From Octopus vulgaris (taxonomy: Eukaryota): a stretch of DNA of 64,000 bases. How positions within the stretch are numbered: position 1 is the stretch's first letter; each line of letters starts with the position of its first letter. The notes below the pieces were generated by a model. The model was given only the letters and a program-made list of their open reading frames with translations. It made no database searches and was not told where the DNA came from. The translations under genes and the position numbers were made by a program. Positions 1 through 14,293 of the stretch are shown piece after piece. Location: positions 97,836,001-97,900,000 of the forward strand of contig OX597818.1 of assembly GCA_951406725.2 (NCBI GenBank), read 5' to 3'.

Positions 1-395
1 AGGGATGCTCTTCGACACTTGGTGGTTAAAAGATGTTGCCGAAGGGATATGATGCGACATTCATAGGCATTTTGGATCGATGTTTAAAACTCTTCCGCCT
101 TGTTTTCGTTTTAGGTAGAAGCGACCTACGTCACTGTTTATGTGAATATTATGTGCGTGTTAGTATTTTTCGGGTTTTCCCTTCAATGGCTCGGTTCTCA
201 TCAAGCAGCCCAAATGCTGGTATGAGTACTGGCACTGCAAGCACATTGTGGGCCATTGTTTTTACTCAATGCAGAGAGGTCCAAATTTTTCTTTATTTGG
301 CTGTAATATTCTTCAGTGACCCCTGTTTTGTTACAGTTGCCACTGTAAGATATATTTTCATCCACCCCTAGATACCTGTAACATTTCTCATCAGA
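1..395 (-). pseudogene. R4/Dong-clade non-LTR retrotransposon reverse transcriptase C-terminal (thumb) remnant, frameshifted; runs off window edge
   Basis: Minus-strand translation across frameshifts gives YRYLGVDENISY...EEYYSQIKK...AHNVLAVPVLIPAFGLLD...KTRKILT...HINSDVGRFYLKRKQGGR. This matches the YKYLG...RKTRK...RLYL.R..GGRGL region of R4/Dong-type RTs. Confidence 0.75.
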
Positions 396-428
<33 letters not shown>

Positions 429-485
429 GACTGTCTGTCTGTCTGTATGTATGTATGTATGTATGTATGTATGTATGTATCTATG

Positions 486-524
<39 letters not shown>

Positions 525-564
525 TATAAACTTTGTGGAGAAGATGAAATAATTTGTTCATGAA

Positions 565-750
565 ATAGTGGATCATGAGGCATATACAGCAATGAAAAAT
601 AGCATATAAAGATCGGGTTGAAAAATCTTTTTTGGGTAGCTTTTTCTATCAACTTTTTCGTCCATTCAACTTTTTCTATCCAAAAATAATTTTCAACCCA
701 ATATTTTTGTGCTAATTTTTATCGATCTGTGTGCTTCAGGCTCCACTGTT
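565..750. mobile_element. Degenerate fold-back/MITE-like inverted repeat
   Basis: Arm aatagtggatcatgaggcat...gggttgaaaaatcttttttgggtag is an imperfect reverse complement of ctatccaaaaataattttcaaccc...cttcaggctccactgtt (about 75 bp arms). Confidence 0.5.
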
Positions 751-870
751 CCAAACAAGACTACATACATTCATACATACATTCATACATACATACATAC
801 ATACATACATACATACATACATACATACATACATACATACATACATACACGCATGCATGCATGCATGCAT

Positions 871-1216
871 AAAGGGTAAAGACCCCCTTCGGTCATGAGT
901 GACCATGGGTTTGCACCTAGAGAGTTACCCTCTGAGGCACAAGTCTGGGCAAGGTTGTTTTTATGGAAGACCAGTAGTCGCCCATGCATACCGGCCTCCC
1001 CTCTCCACGCCACCAGTGTTATCCAAGGGAAAGACAAAGGTCGATACAGCTTGGCACCTGTGACGTCGCAACTCATTTCTACAGCTGAGTGAACTGGAGC
1101 AACGTGAAATAAAGTGTCTTGCTCAAGAACACAACACGCAGCCCGGTCCGGGATTCGAGCTCACAACCTCACGATCGTAAGCTCGACGCTCTAACCACTG
1201 AGCCATGCGCCTTCAC
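871..1216 (-). mobile_element. tRNA-derived SINE, family D
   Basis: Minus strand begins gtgaaggcgcatggctcagtggttagagcg (A box) then ctcgaatccc (B box). A homologous copy lies at 43655-44001. Confidence 0.8.
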
Positions 1217-1359
1217 ATGCATGCATGCATACATACATACATAATACATACATACATACATACATACATACATACATACATACATACATACATACATACA
1301 TGCATATACATATACATATATATATATGTGTGTGTGTATACACATACATACATACGTAT

Positions 1360-1421
<62 letters not shown>

Positions 1422-1529
1422 TTATTTTATCGACCCCGAAAATTATGCAAGGGAAAGTTGACCTTGGTAGAAGTTGAACTCAGAACATAAGAACGGACGA
1501 AATGCCGCAAAGCATTTTGTGATAGTACT

Positions 1530-1597
<68 letters not shown>

Positions 1598-2105
1598 TGA
1601 TGATAATGATGATGATGATGATTTCTTTATTAACCACAAGAGTTTACATTAGGAAAAACATTATGGAGAGTACAAGACAAAACAAAGAAGTGTGTGTGTT
1701 GTGAGGGATTTGCGTGTAAACAAGACTAACAAAAATATAAAAAAAGAGAAAGAAATCAACAATGTCTGAGGCAATGACAAGGAATTTCTTAAAGATAATA
1801 TGAATAGATTCTTCACATTGTTATTGTTACCGAAACCATTATTATTCACCGCAGCAAAATTATCCGGATCATCATCACTATCTTCTTCACCGTCGTCGTC
1901 GTCGTCCTCATCTTCCTCCCCCTCCTCCTCATCATCATCATCACCACCGTTGTCATCGTCCATCATTATTTCCAATAAAAATTGAAAATCAGCCACCATT
2001 CATATTTCCAACTACACGTGAAAAATCATCGTCATAATTAGAGATGATGATGACGATGGCGACGACGACAACGATGATGACGACGATGACAACTGCGACG
2101 ATGAT

Positions 2106-2337
2106 TGGAGAAGAAGAAGAAGACGAAGAAGAAGAAGAAGAAGAAGAAGAAGAAGAAGAAGAAGAAGAAGAAGAAGAAGAAGAAGAATAAGAAGAAGAAG
2201 AAAGAAGAAGAAGAAGAAGAAGAAGGAGGAGGAGGAGGAGAAGAAGAAGAAGAAGAAGAAGAAGAAGAAGAAGAAGAAGAAGAAGAAGAAGAAGAAGAAG
2301 AAGAAGAAGAAGAAGAAGAAGAAGAAGAAGAAGAAGA
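2106..2337. repeat. (GAA)n microsatellite
   Basis: Long gaa tandem with a short gga interruption. One of many SSRs in the window: (TA)n, (CA)n, (TATC)n, (TACA)n, (TAT)n, (CAT)n. Confidence 0.95.
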
Positions 2338-2733
2338 GTTTTGTAATTGAACGCTGGCAGAAAGTAGAGTCAGGTTGTCACGTTGCTTCTGAAGTTGCAC
2401 TGTAACGAACAATAAAGCCGATTTCTTTAGAATCACACAATTTGAGCAGGTGTATTTGCCGTTCTAAGAGGCTCTGTGAGTTGATGGCGACCACTTTACC
2501 ATATGCAAGTTATAAGTGCTGTTCTTCAGGCAATCACAACGATTGGTTCTCGTCATGAAGGCACTATCTAAAGCCGTTGTAACAGACAATACGAGTCTTT
2601 GCTCTTTCTAAGTTATATTTATATTTATTTAATTACTGTCATATACTTTCTGATATATACATAGATACATAGATACATACATTCATACATGCATACATGC
2701 ATATATACATATGCATATATGTATATATGTATG

Positions 2734-2848
<115 letters not shown>

Positions 2849-2861
2849 ATATATATATATA

Positions 2862-3089
2862 TTCTTTTATCCGTTTCAGTCATTTGACTTTGGCTATGCT
2901 GGAGCACCGCCTTTTAGTCGAAAAAATCGACTCCAGGACATATTCTTTGTAAGCCTAGTACTTATTCTATCGGTCCATTCTGCCGAACCGCCAAGTTACG
3001 AGGACATAAACACACCAGCATCGGTTGTCAAGCGATGTTGGGGGAGGGGACAAACACAGACACACAAACATATACATATACATATATAT

Positions 3090-3151
<62 letters not shown>

Positions 3152-3311
3152 TACCAAATCCGTCTACCAAATCCACTCACAAGGCTTTGGTCGACACGAG
3201 GCTATAGTAGAAGGCACTTGTCCACGGTGCCTCGCAGTGGGACTGAACCTGGAAGCAGGAACCATGAGGCTGGTAAGCAAGCCACTTATCACACAGCCAC
3301 TCTTGCGCCCA
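2862..3311 (-). mobile_element. tRNA-derived SINE, family A (internal TA/CA microsatellite)
   Basis: Minus strand gggcgcaagagtggctgtgtgataag...ggttcagtcccactg head, internal (TA)n/(TG)n, tail ggcggtgctccagcat...tgactgaaacgg. About 20 full or partial copies in the window. Confidence 0.85.
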
Positions 3312-3539
3312 TATAAAAATATAGTAGATAGATGTGTGTGTGTGTGCGTGTGTATGTGTGTGTGTGTAGTCAAACATTTATAGTTTTAATGAAGTTAGAT
3401 ATCTATATATGAATCTACCAATCTATCTATCTATACATACATACAAAGATACATACATTCAGACATACATACACACATGCATGCACACACACACACACAT
3501 ATATATATACATACATATGTGTTTATGTGCGTGTGTGTG

Positions 3540-3571
<32 letters not shown>

Positions 3572-3771
3572 AATGCACGCGTGCGTCATTTATTATTATT
3601 TATATCATAATTTTACAAGTGGGATGACTGTCACTCTGGAATTTTACCCTGCTAAACTTAATATTGAGTAATTCTTCAGATTAAAGTTAAATTATGTTTA
3701 TAAAAACTCGGCCTAAAGACACACACACACACACACACACCCACAGACACACACACACAGACACACACACA

Positions 3772-3808
<37 letters not shown>

Positions 3809-5061
3809 ACAGACACACACACACAGACACACACACAGACAGACACACACACACACACAAAACACGCACGCATGCGCGTACGCAGACACACTCACACACG
3901 CCTACATTACACATACATACATATATATACTCAAATATATCGAAAGATGAAGATCCCACAACAAAGGTAGGTGTGCACCGGAAACTGGAATCTTACAAGG
4001 AGTTGCAGCAACAAAGACAAGCTTGGAGAAAGATGCTATACAAGCGTAAATAAAAACGATGGGAGATGCAACAGTAGAGAAAGCATCGCGAAATACATTG
4101 GTAATTATTTGCCAAGATATAGAGTGATAAACAAAAGCGTTAGGAAATGTAAGTATAAAGATAAGCATCGGGACTAGAAACGTAAACTGAAGCGTTGGGA
4201 GACTCAAAGTTAAAGACAATCTCACGGTGCTTAATTTCGTCCTTGCATCTATTGGTGTTCGTTCTTATTCCTTCGACGCTTAACTTCGTCTTTGCAACTC
4301 TCGAAAGGTTTGCGTAGAAGCTGGTGATAGTTGAACGTATGACACCAAGTGTTGCATTTGCAGTAAAACAAACTGCATCATGATTTTCTGCCAAGACAAG
4401 AGCTGAGTGCCTCTTTCAGTCACTGTTGCCTAATACTCCGTTACTGTAATACTCCGTCACAGCAACATTAGTCGAAGCAGTAACCAAAACGAAATTAACG
4501 AGAACAATGGTGATCGTTGGTCATGGACATGTCTAACAATGAGGTTAACGGTGGTGCCATTTTGCGTTACCTCATCTGCAGCCAGACTGCAGGATTCCTT
4601 TAGATAGCAAGAGGCAACCCTTGGAACACATTTCATCACACGTGTCCGATCACATGTGTCTCGATGCTTGCTGTGGAATTTCTATCTTGGATATATTTGG
4701 GGTACTTAAGTGTGCTCATGACTAAGTGTTTAGTTCTTCCATGGGTACAAGTAAGTATCTCATTTATTTTCTTATCGTATTTATCGCTGATGACGAGAAA
4801 ATTCTAAATTAACTCAGAAATTGGGACCGATCCGATAATAACGAAATTTTTTTAGAAATTTCTATCGGCTTGCTTTCGAGACGCGTGCTTATAGTGATAA
4901 TTAAATGGTTATTGACGATTAAGTCTATTTCGGCATATTTGGCATTGAATTTTTTTTCTTTTGCCCTTGTTTATAAGTTATTTATAAATTTAACCTTTAA
5001 AGGTATCTTTTTAGTATGCCTGCCATTGATTATTAATTTTCGAAAATTTTATCCTATATTA

Positions 5062-5134
<73 letters not shown>

Positions 5135-5271
5135 TCAATCAGAGTAGACGTACCTGTTTTTTCTCTATACTAGGCAGTAGTAAATTAAGCACTATGTTAT
5201 TCCATAGTGTTGCCATAGCTTCCAGTGTATATAGGTCCCAACTCTGTCGTGCCTGTGAATATATTATTATT

Positions 5272-5345
<74 letters not shown>

Positions 5346-5358
5346 CATTATTATTATT

Positions 5359-6141
<783 letters not shown>

Positions 6142-6669
6142 TTATTATTATTATTATTATTATTATAATTATTATTATTATTATTATTATTACTGTTATT
6201 AAATGTGGTTGTTGTTTTGCTGCTATCATCATTGTCTTCAACGTTTTGCTACAGCCATTTTGAAATGGTCAAGTGCTTTCTATGTACTACATCTTGTCAA
6301 TGTCTATTATGCGGTTTCTAATAATGGTTAGTGCCTCAGGCAGTTTATATGTATCTGCGGGTAAACCATAAGTATGTGTGTGTGTGTGTGTGTGTGTTTG
6401 TGCCTGTGTGCGCATGCATCTTGCACGGGCGTATGTGTGCGCGCATATGGTGCGTAAACACTAGTTTATTAGTAATAACGTTGTGAACGACGACAGTGAT
6501 GACGATGGTAATGATGCTGAAGAAGAGAGTGAGGAAGTAAAGGAGGGGAAAGAGGAAGAAGCAGAGAGGAAGCATGAAAAAGAGAATGAGGGAAAAGAAG
6601 AGGAGGCTGAATATTATTTTTCTGTGCTGACGAATGTTTTTGGGAGAGAAAAATATGAACAAAACTCTG

Positions 6670-6749
<80 letters not shown>

Positions 6750-6762
6750 CCTATCTACCTAC

Positions 6763-6831
<69 letters not shown>

Positions 6832-6870
6832 CACCTATCTACCTATCTATCTATCTATCTATCTATCTAC

Positions 6871-6951
<81 letters not shown>

Positions 6952-7678
6952 CATCCATCCATCCATCCATCCACCATCTATCTATCTATCTATTTATTTA
7001 TTTATTTATCTATCTATCTGAGTGTCTGTTTGTCTATTTGTCTATCTGTCTGTTCGTCAGTCTATACACATTTTCACACCTTCCTTGCTCACATTAATGA
7101 TGGATGCTCGACCGCTAGATATAGCAGCGATATATATTTAAAAAGGAAGGCCAAAATCACGTGATCTGATGGTCTCGGCTCTGGAAATGGCTGGGATTTA
7201 TCTCTCCGTTAGCGATATAAACGAAAGTGCATTTTGCGCCAAAAGCCAACATAAGAGTTTCTCTCGCGATATCTTCCGCAGTATAGTTTGTTCCAACAGA
7301 GCATCCACGTTTAACTAGGTATAAATATTACCTCTCTGTATAAATACTGCCAACGTCGCCAGTATATATTTTGTCCGAGCATGAGGCCGGTTGCGAATAG
7401 GCGCCATTGAAAAGGCTCGAAAAGACTGAGATGTATTTGGGGCTAGGACGAATTTTCGCCTCCCATTGAAATTTATGATGCTTTTAAAATAGCAAGTACA
7501 TAAAAGATGTTAATCTTAGGACAAATTCTGTCGAAGCTGGATTATTAACAGTGCTGGCTGTGTGGTAAGAAGCTTGCTTCCCAACCACATGGTTCAGGAT
7601 TCAGTCCCACTGCGTGGCACTTTGGGCAAGTATCTTTAATTATCGCCCCAGGTTGATCAAAGGCTTGTGAGTGGATTA

Positions 7679-8061
7679 TCTCTCTCTATATAAACGGCAG
7701 TTTGTCTGTCTGCGTGTCTGTGTGTCTGTTAGGTTGTACCCTCACCCTGACCACGGCTTTCAACCGATTCTGATGAAACTTGACACACACATAGCCCAAT
7801 GTCATAATTCAAAACTAACGAAGCGAAAATTTTGAAAAGTTCCCCCAGTTCTGAAAAAAATCGATAAATTCGACATGGGGTCGAGAATCAGAAACACAAA
7901 CCACAGACTGTCATGGGGACGCAACTCGACCTTTTTAACTCTCAAAAAAAATTTACCATCAAATTTTTTCCATTTTTTTGCTATTTTTTGGCTATAACTC
8001 TCTAAAAATGCTTTATAGTTATTTCCCTTACAAACCCGAGCAACGCCGGGTGATACTGCTA

Positions 8062-8062
<1 letters not shown>
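7679..8062 (+). mobile_element. Non-autonomous Helitron (interrupts a family-A SINE 5' part at about 7550-7677)
   Basis: Starts TC after A and ends CTAG before T. Subterminal hairpin cccgagcaacgccggg. 5' about 200 bp nearly identical to 30814-31025. Confidence 0.8.
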
Positions 8063-8102
<40 letters not shown>

Positions 8103-8295
8103 CATTATCTTTTACTTGTTTCAGTCATTAGATTGCGGTCATGATGGGCACCGCATTGAAAACTTTTTAGTCGAATGTATCGACCCCTCGACTTAATTTT
8201 CAAAAGCCTAGTACTTATTCTATCGTTTTCTCTTGCTGAACCGCTAGGTTATGGAGACGTAAACACACCAGTACCGGTTGTCAAACAGTGTACGC

Positions 8296-8363
<68 letters not shown>

Positions 8364-8635
8364 AAGTGTGTGTCTTTGTCTCCCACACCCACTGATTGAC
8401 AAACAGTGCTGATGTATTTACGTCTCCGTAACCTAGCGGTTCGGCAACAGAGAACGATAGAATAGGTACCAGGCTTTAGAAAATAAGTACTGGGGTCAAT
8501 ACATTGGACTAAAAATTCTTCGAGGCGGTACCCCAGTATGGCCGCTGTCCAATGACTGAAACAAGTAAAAGATAAAAGATAAAGCCCCATACTTTACACG
8601 CATATATATATATGTGTGTATATATATATGTGTGT

Positions 8636-8683
<48 letters not shown>

Positions 8684-8867
8684 ACACACACACACACATA
8701 GGCGCAGGCGTGGCTGTCTGGTAAGAAGCATGCTTCCCATCCACATGGTTCCGGGTTCAGTCCCACTGCGTGGCACTTTGGGCAAGTGTCTTCTATTCTA
8801 GCCTCGGGCCGACCAAAGCCTTGTGAGTGGATTTGGTAAACGGAAACTAAAAGAAGCACGTCATATA

Positions 8868-8949
<82 letters not shown>

Positions 8950-9996
8950 GACGGAGAGAGAAAGAGAGAGAGAGATCCATGAATATATATGCAATGCAAG
9001 TTGCGTTAATTTCGTGAAAGATAATTCAATCCTGGTCTTTTCCTCCCCTCGCATGTAATATATTGACAGAAGCGCTATACCGTAAATGAAAGATTTAAAT
9101 ACAAGAAAATATTTCTAACGTCTAACTTTTTATTTTTACGTATTCTTCTGTTTCTTCACCTCTTCCATCTTGCATTCATTCATTCATTTATTTATTTATT
9201 TATTTATTTGCTAACCATAGAAAATACAAGAGTGACTTTCTGGTGGCGTTTATGTTGCTAATTTTCAACAAACCGAGCCACCAGCTGCGTTGTGTGATAC
9301 TGAGTAAATAATCTCCCGTGTGACACAATTAAAGCCGCTTCTCCTACCCACAGCGTTGATACCGCTCGTTTTTTTTTTTTTTTTTTGGTGTGGTGAGCAA
9401 GCCAAATCACAGTTTTTCGATTCGGTCTAAATAGCAAGCAATCGGCTATTTTCACGCCATTTATGTCACTAATACAACTGTGCTACTCTGCTCAACCCAA
9501 CCCTTCTCTCTTATAAATATAAGATTTAACGCTTATAAAATAAAAAAAATATTAAATATATTATTCATGTTCCGCTTGGTTTGTGTGAACCTTAAGGCTT
9601 CCACTTAACCTTTTAGACACCGACGTCCACCCCCAACCCACAACCACTAACAGACAAACAGACACGTATGTCTCATTTGCATATTCTTTTATTCATTTTT
9701 AAGTCATTAGAGTGTGGCCATGCTGGAGCTCACACACTTGAGGGGTTGAGTCGGCCAAATCGACGCCAGTACTTATTCTATGTCGTCTATATACGTAACA
9801 TATACCTATTGATTTAGAGAAATTAAGTCAAGTTTTTTGGTATCACGATCCATTCGAGTATAGAGTTCTTGTTGAGTGAGTTGTATCCACGTATAGGTGG
9901 CTTATCTGGTTTTTCTTGAAGAAATTTGTCCAAATCCTGTTTAAAGGTGATCAAAGAGAGAAAGGTCTCTCTTTGATCTGTTTCGGGACAATGTTA

Positions 9997-10041
<45 letters not shown>

Positions 10042-10139
10042 CAGGGGGAGAATTGACAAAAAAAAGAAACTAAAGACGAAGACAGGTGATGTAAACAACA
10101 AACAGATGTATAAGTATAACGCTCGGAAAGTGAAAAAGT

Positions 10140-10175
10140 CTTTAACGTTTCGAGCCTACGCTCTTCCACAGAAAG
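10140..10175 (-). ncRNA. Minimal hammerhead-like motif, CUGUGGA core variant
   Basis: cttt-ctgtgga-a-gag(cgtagg)ctc-gaaa-cg-tt-aaag on the minus strand. Confidence 0.5.
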
Positions 10176-10207
10176 GAACACAGAAAGAAACAAGGAGAGA
10201 AAATAGA

Positions 10208-10252
<45 letters not shown>

Positions 10253-10319
10253 AGCATTGCTAGAAATAAGAGTCAAATCAACTCCATAACTACAGAAGCA
10301 CGATCTAAACATATACATG

Positions 10320-10700
10320 AGTCTGTGGTAAGTAGCTTGCTTACGAACCACATGGTTCCGAGTTCAGTCCCACTGCGTGGCACCTTGGGTAAGTGTCTGC
10401 TACTATAGCCTCGGGCCGACCAAAGTCTTGTGAGTGGATTTGGTAGACTGAAACTGAAAAGAAGATCGTCGTATATGTGTATGTATGTATGTATGTGTGT
10501 GTGTGTGTGTGTGTCTGTGTTTGTCCCACAACATCGCTTGACAATCGATGCTGGTGTGTTTACGTCCCCGTAACTTAGCGGTTCGGTAATAAGTACTAAG
10601 CTTACAAAGAATAAGTCCTGGGGTCGATTTGCTCGACTAAAAGCAGTGCTCCAGCATGGCCACAGTCAAATGACTGAAACAAGCAAAAGAATAAAGAGTA
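10320..10700 (+). mobile_element. SINE family A
   Basis: tgtggtaagtagcttgc...gagttcagtcccactgcg head and ...cagcatggccacagtcaaatgactgaaac tail. Confidence 0.85.
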
Positions 10701-10895
10701 AAGAGAGTATATATATATATATATCTATATATATATATACATACACACACACAATCATACATGCATACTCACACGTGCACCTGTACGAATCTACAAATAT
10801 GTACGTGACTGTGTGCGTGTGGGTGCGTGTGCGTGTGTGTGTGCGTGTGTGTATGTGCCATTGTATCTGCATATGTATGGGCATGTGAAAGAGCG

Positions 10896-10956
<61 letters not shown>

Positions 10957-10989
10957 CAGTGAGAGAAAGAAAGCAAGAGTGAGAGAGTG

Positions 10990-11053
<64 letters not shown>

Positions 11054-11556
11054 CGATTGCTGTTATGCATTGGCATGATTAGCGCATTCAGTTCTCATTG
11101 ACGCAGGTGTTGGAATAGTTACCAACAAATCCTTTCTTTTAATTGGCTCCAGTATTTCATTTAAACATTGAATATGGATTGGCTTAGAATTATGGGATAG
11201 ATTGGCAATCACAGATGGACACCATATCAATCACACAGACAGCAATATAGATAATGGATATGGGTATAAACTACTGAGATAACGTATTGTAAGAAGGAGC
11301 GTGTGAGACGATGAGGAAATGCTTTATCTATATATATAATAAATGTAGTAAGACAACTGATGTCTGTTTCTAAGATCCCGAAATATAAATAGAATTGCTG
11401 TGATATATCTATAGATATGGCCATGTAACGGTACGAAATAAAAGTTATGCAGAATAGGAATGAAATTTTAGCTGCTTGTTCTGATTAATGATGTTAGCTT
11501 TTAAGTGGTCGTTCGATTTGCTAGAAATATTTGTAAAATCTCTTTCAAATCGTACT

Positions 11557-11615
<59 letters not shown>

Positions 11616-11992
11616 CAATGAAGAATATGATGCGTAATGCAGTCCAAGATACTCTGCTTGAAAAAAATGTGGTAGTCGCAAGTGGGAAGCCTTTGATCAA
11701 AGCTCTGCTTCATCTGGCTGAGAGGGAAAACGTATACACTCATAACTAAACACGATACGATCTCTTATCTAATGCTTTAGCTTTCCCGCCAATCTTCCTT
11801 CTCCACGTTATCCCATTATTTATGAATTCTTAGAAAACCTCAGAAAAGTTTCGGTTAAAATTGACCAAGGTCATAGCTAACTTAATAACACCACCATTTA
11901 TTGATGTTTCATATTATAGTCATTCTTTAGGTACCGTGGTGCATTGGAGTAAAGGGTTATTGTTTGCAGAGATATATCTGGGCGTAGGTGGC

Positions 11993-12716
11993 TTACTCTT
12001 TACTCTCTTTACTCTTTTACTTGTTTCAGTCATTTGACTGTGGCCATGCTGAAGCACCGCCTTTAGTCGAGCTTATCGACCCTGGAACTTATTCTTTGTA
12101 AGCCTAGTACTTATTCTATCGGTCTCTTTTGCCGAACCGCTAAGTTACGGGGACGGTTATCAAGCGATGTTGGGGGGGGGAAACACAGACACACAAACAT
12201 GTACACACACACACACATATATATACATATATACGACGGGCTTCTTTCAGTTACCGTCTACCAAATCCACTCACTACTAGCCCGAGGCTATAGTAGAAGA
12301 CACTTGCCCAAGGTGCTACGCAGTGGGACTGAACCCGGAAACATGTGGCTTATAAGCAAGCTACTTACCACACAAATCGACCACAGGACTTATTCTTTGT
12401 AAGCCTAGTACTTATTCTATCGGTCCCTTTTTGCCGAACCGCTAAGTTACGGGGACGTAAACACACCAGCATCGGTTGTCAAGCGATGTTGGGTGGAGGG
12501 ACAAACACAGACACACAAACATATACACACACACATGCACACGTATATATATACATATATACGACAAGCTTCTTTCAGTTTCCGTCTACCAAATCCATTC
12601 ACAAGGCTTTGGTCAGCCCGAGGCTGTAGTAGAAGACACTTACCCAAGGTGCCACGCAGTGGGACTGAACCCGGCACTATGTGGTTGGTAAGCTACTTAC
12701 CACACAGCCACTCCTA
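11993..12716 (-). mobile_element. Two head-to-tail family-A SINE copies
   Basis: Family-A body repeated; junction near 12372 (cttaccacaca|aatcgacc). Confidence 0.8.
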
Positions 12717-13211
12717 CGCATTAGGTACGCAAGGAAATGGTTAATGATAAGAATAAACGAATCTGTTCTTAATTTAGAACCAATTAAAGATGGGCTCATA
12801 TGGAAACACAATTGAATATTTGGCTACCAGCATTGGTGACTAACTTATTCAGAGCAAATGGGAACAAAAGAAAACTATTCATTAGTTTGCGGTCAAAAAG
12901 TCCCATGCTGTGTGCCACCAGATTTGGTATTCATGAGAACATTGAATAGTTTGGGGGGTTTTATTTGTATTTTTTTTTAAATATTTTATTTATACTTTGT
13001 GTTATATGTGTAATATACATGTATAATATACTGTTTATATATATATATGTGGGTACATTTGAGCAGGACCAAAAGAAGAAGAAAGAAAACTTTTAAATAC
13101 AATTGAATATATTTAGCAGGATTTTTTTGATAACAGATGTCTTCTGGTGAAAGCAAAACAGCACCGGAATACCTTTCTCTTGGTTTTTTTTTTTTTTATA
13201 TTTTTACGACT

Positions 13212-13626
13212 CTCTCTCTTTTTTTACTTGTTTCAGTCATTTGACTGCGGCCATGCTGGAGCACCGCCTTTTTAGTCGAGGAAATCGACCCCGGAACTTA
13301 TTCTTTGTAAGCCCAGTACTTATTCTATCGGTCTCTTTTGCCGAACCGCTAAGTGACAGGGACGTAAACACACCAGCATCGGTTGTCAAGCAATGCTAGG
13401 GGGGCAAACACAGACACACAAACACACACACACATACACATACATATATATATATATATACATATACGACAGGCTTCTTTCAGTTTCCGTCTATCAAATC
13501 CACTCACAAGGCATTGATCGGCCCGGGGCTATAGCAGAAGACACTTGCCCAAGATGCCACGCAGTGGGACTGAACCCGGAACCATGTGGTTGGTTAGCAA
13601 GCTACTTACCACACAGCCACTCCTGC
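13212..13626 (-). mobile_element. SINE family A
   Basis: Near full-length match to the other copies in this window. Confidence 0.85.
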
Positions 13627-13842
13627 GACTCTCAATATTCTGAAATAAAATTTTGTCGGTAGTCGACTTCGGGATCGATAAATCAGTAGAGCGGATAAGT
13701 ACAAGGGTCGATTATATCAACTAGGTTCAGCCTACTAAAATGTATAAGCTTGTAATAGCTGAACATCCCCACCCTCCAAAAAATACTAGTTAGTGCTGCT
13801 CCTAGTTATGTTATCTATTCATCCCCACGTCTAACTCTCTAA

Positions 13843-13982
<140 letters not shown>

Positions 13983-14010
13983 CGTCTGTCTGTCTGTCTA
14001 TGTATGTATG

Positions 14011-14043
<33 letters not shown>

Positions 14044-14293
14044 ATCTAGCTGTCTGTCTGTCTGTCTGTCTGTCTATCTGTATATATATATATATACATA
14101 GACGCAAACACGCAGACACAAACATACACACACATATATGTACGTGTGTACGTACATACATGAATATATACATATATATGTATATACTCAAATGCATGCA
14201 TGTAAATATATATGAATAAACACACACACATACGCACACATACATATATGCACGTATATATATTTATATGAATATATATACGTGCATATATAT

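Noticed and set aside
33-371. 112-aa plus-strand ORF
   Set aside because: Antisense shadow of the minus-strand RT remnant.
4140-4745. Minus-strand ORF fragments (84 aa and 60 aa) in complex sequence
   Set aside because: Could be a decayed retroelement ORF, but no diagnostic motif is identifiable by eye; needs BLASTx.
7325-7465. Possible minus-strand exon ending at ag|gtaata
   Set aside because: Open frames (for example MAPIRNRPHARTKYILATLAVFIQR) resemble nothing I recognise, and no acceptor or partner exons are evident.
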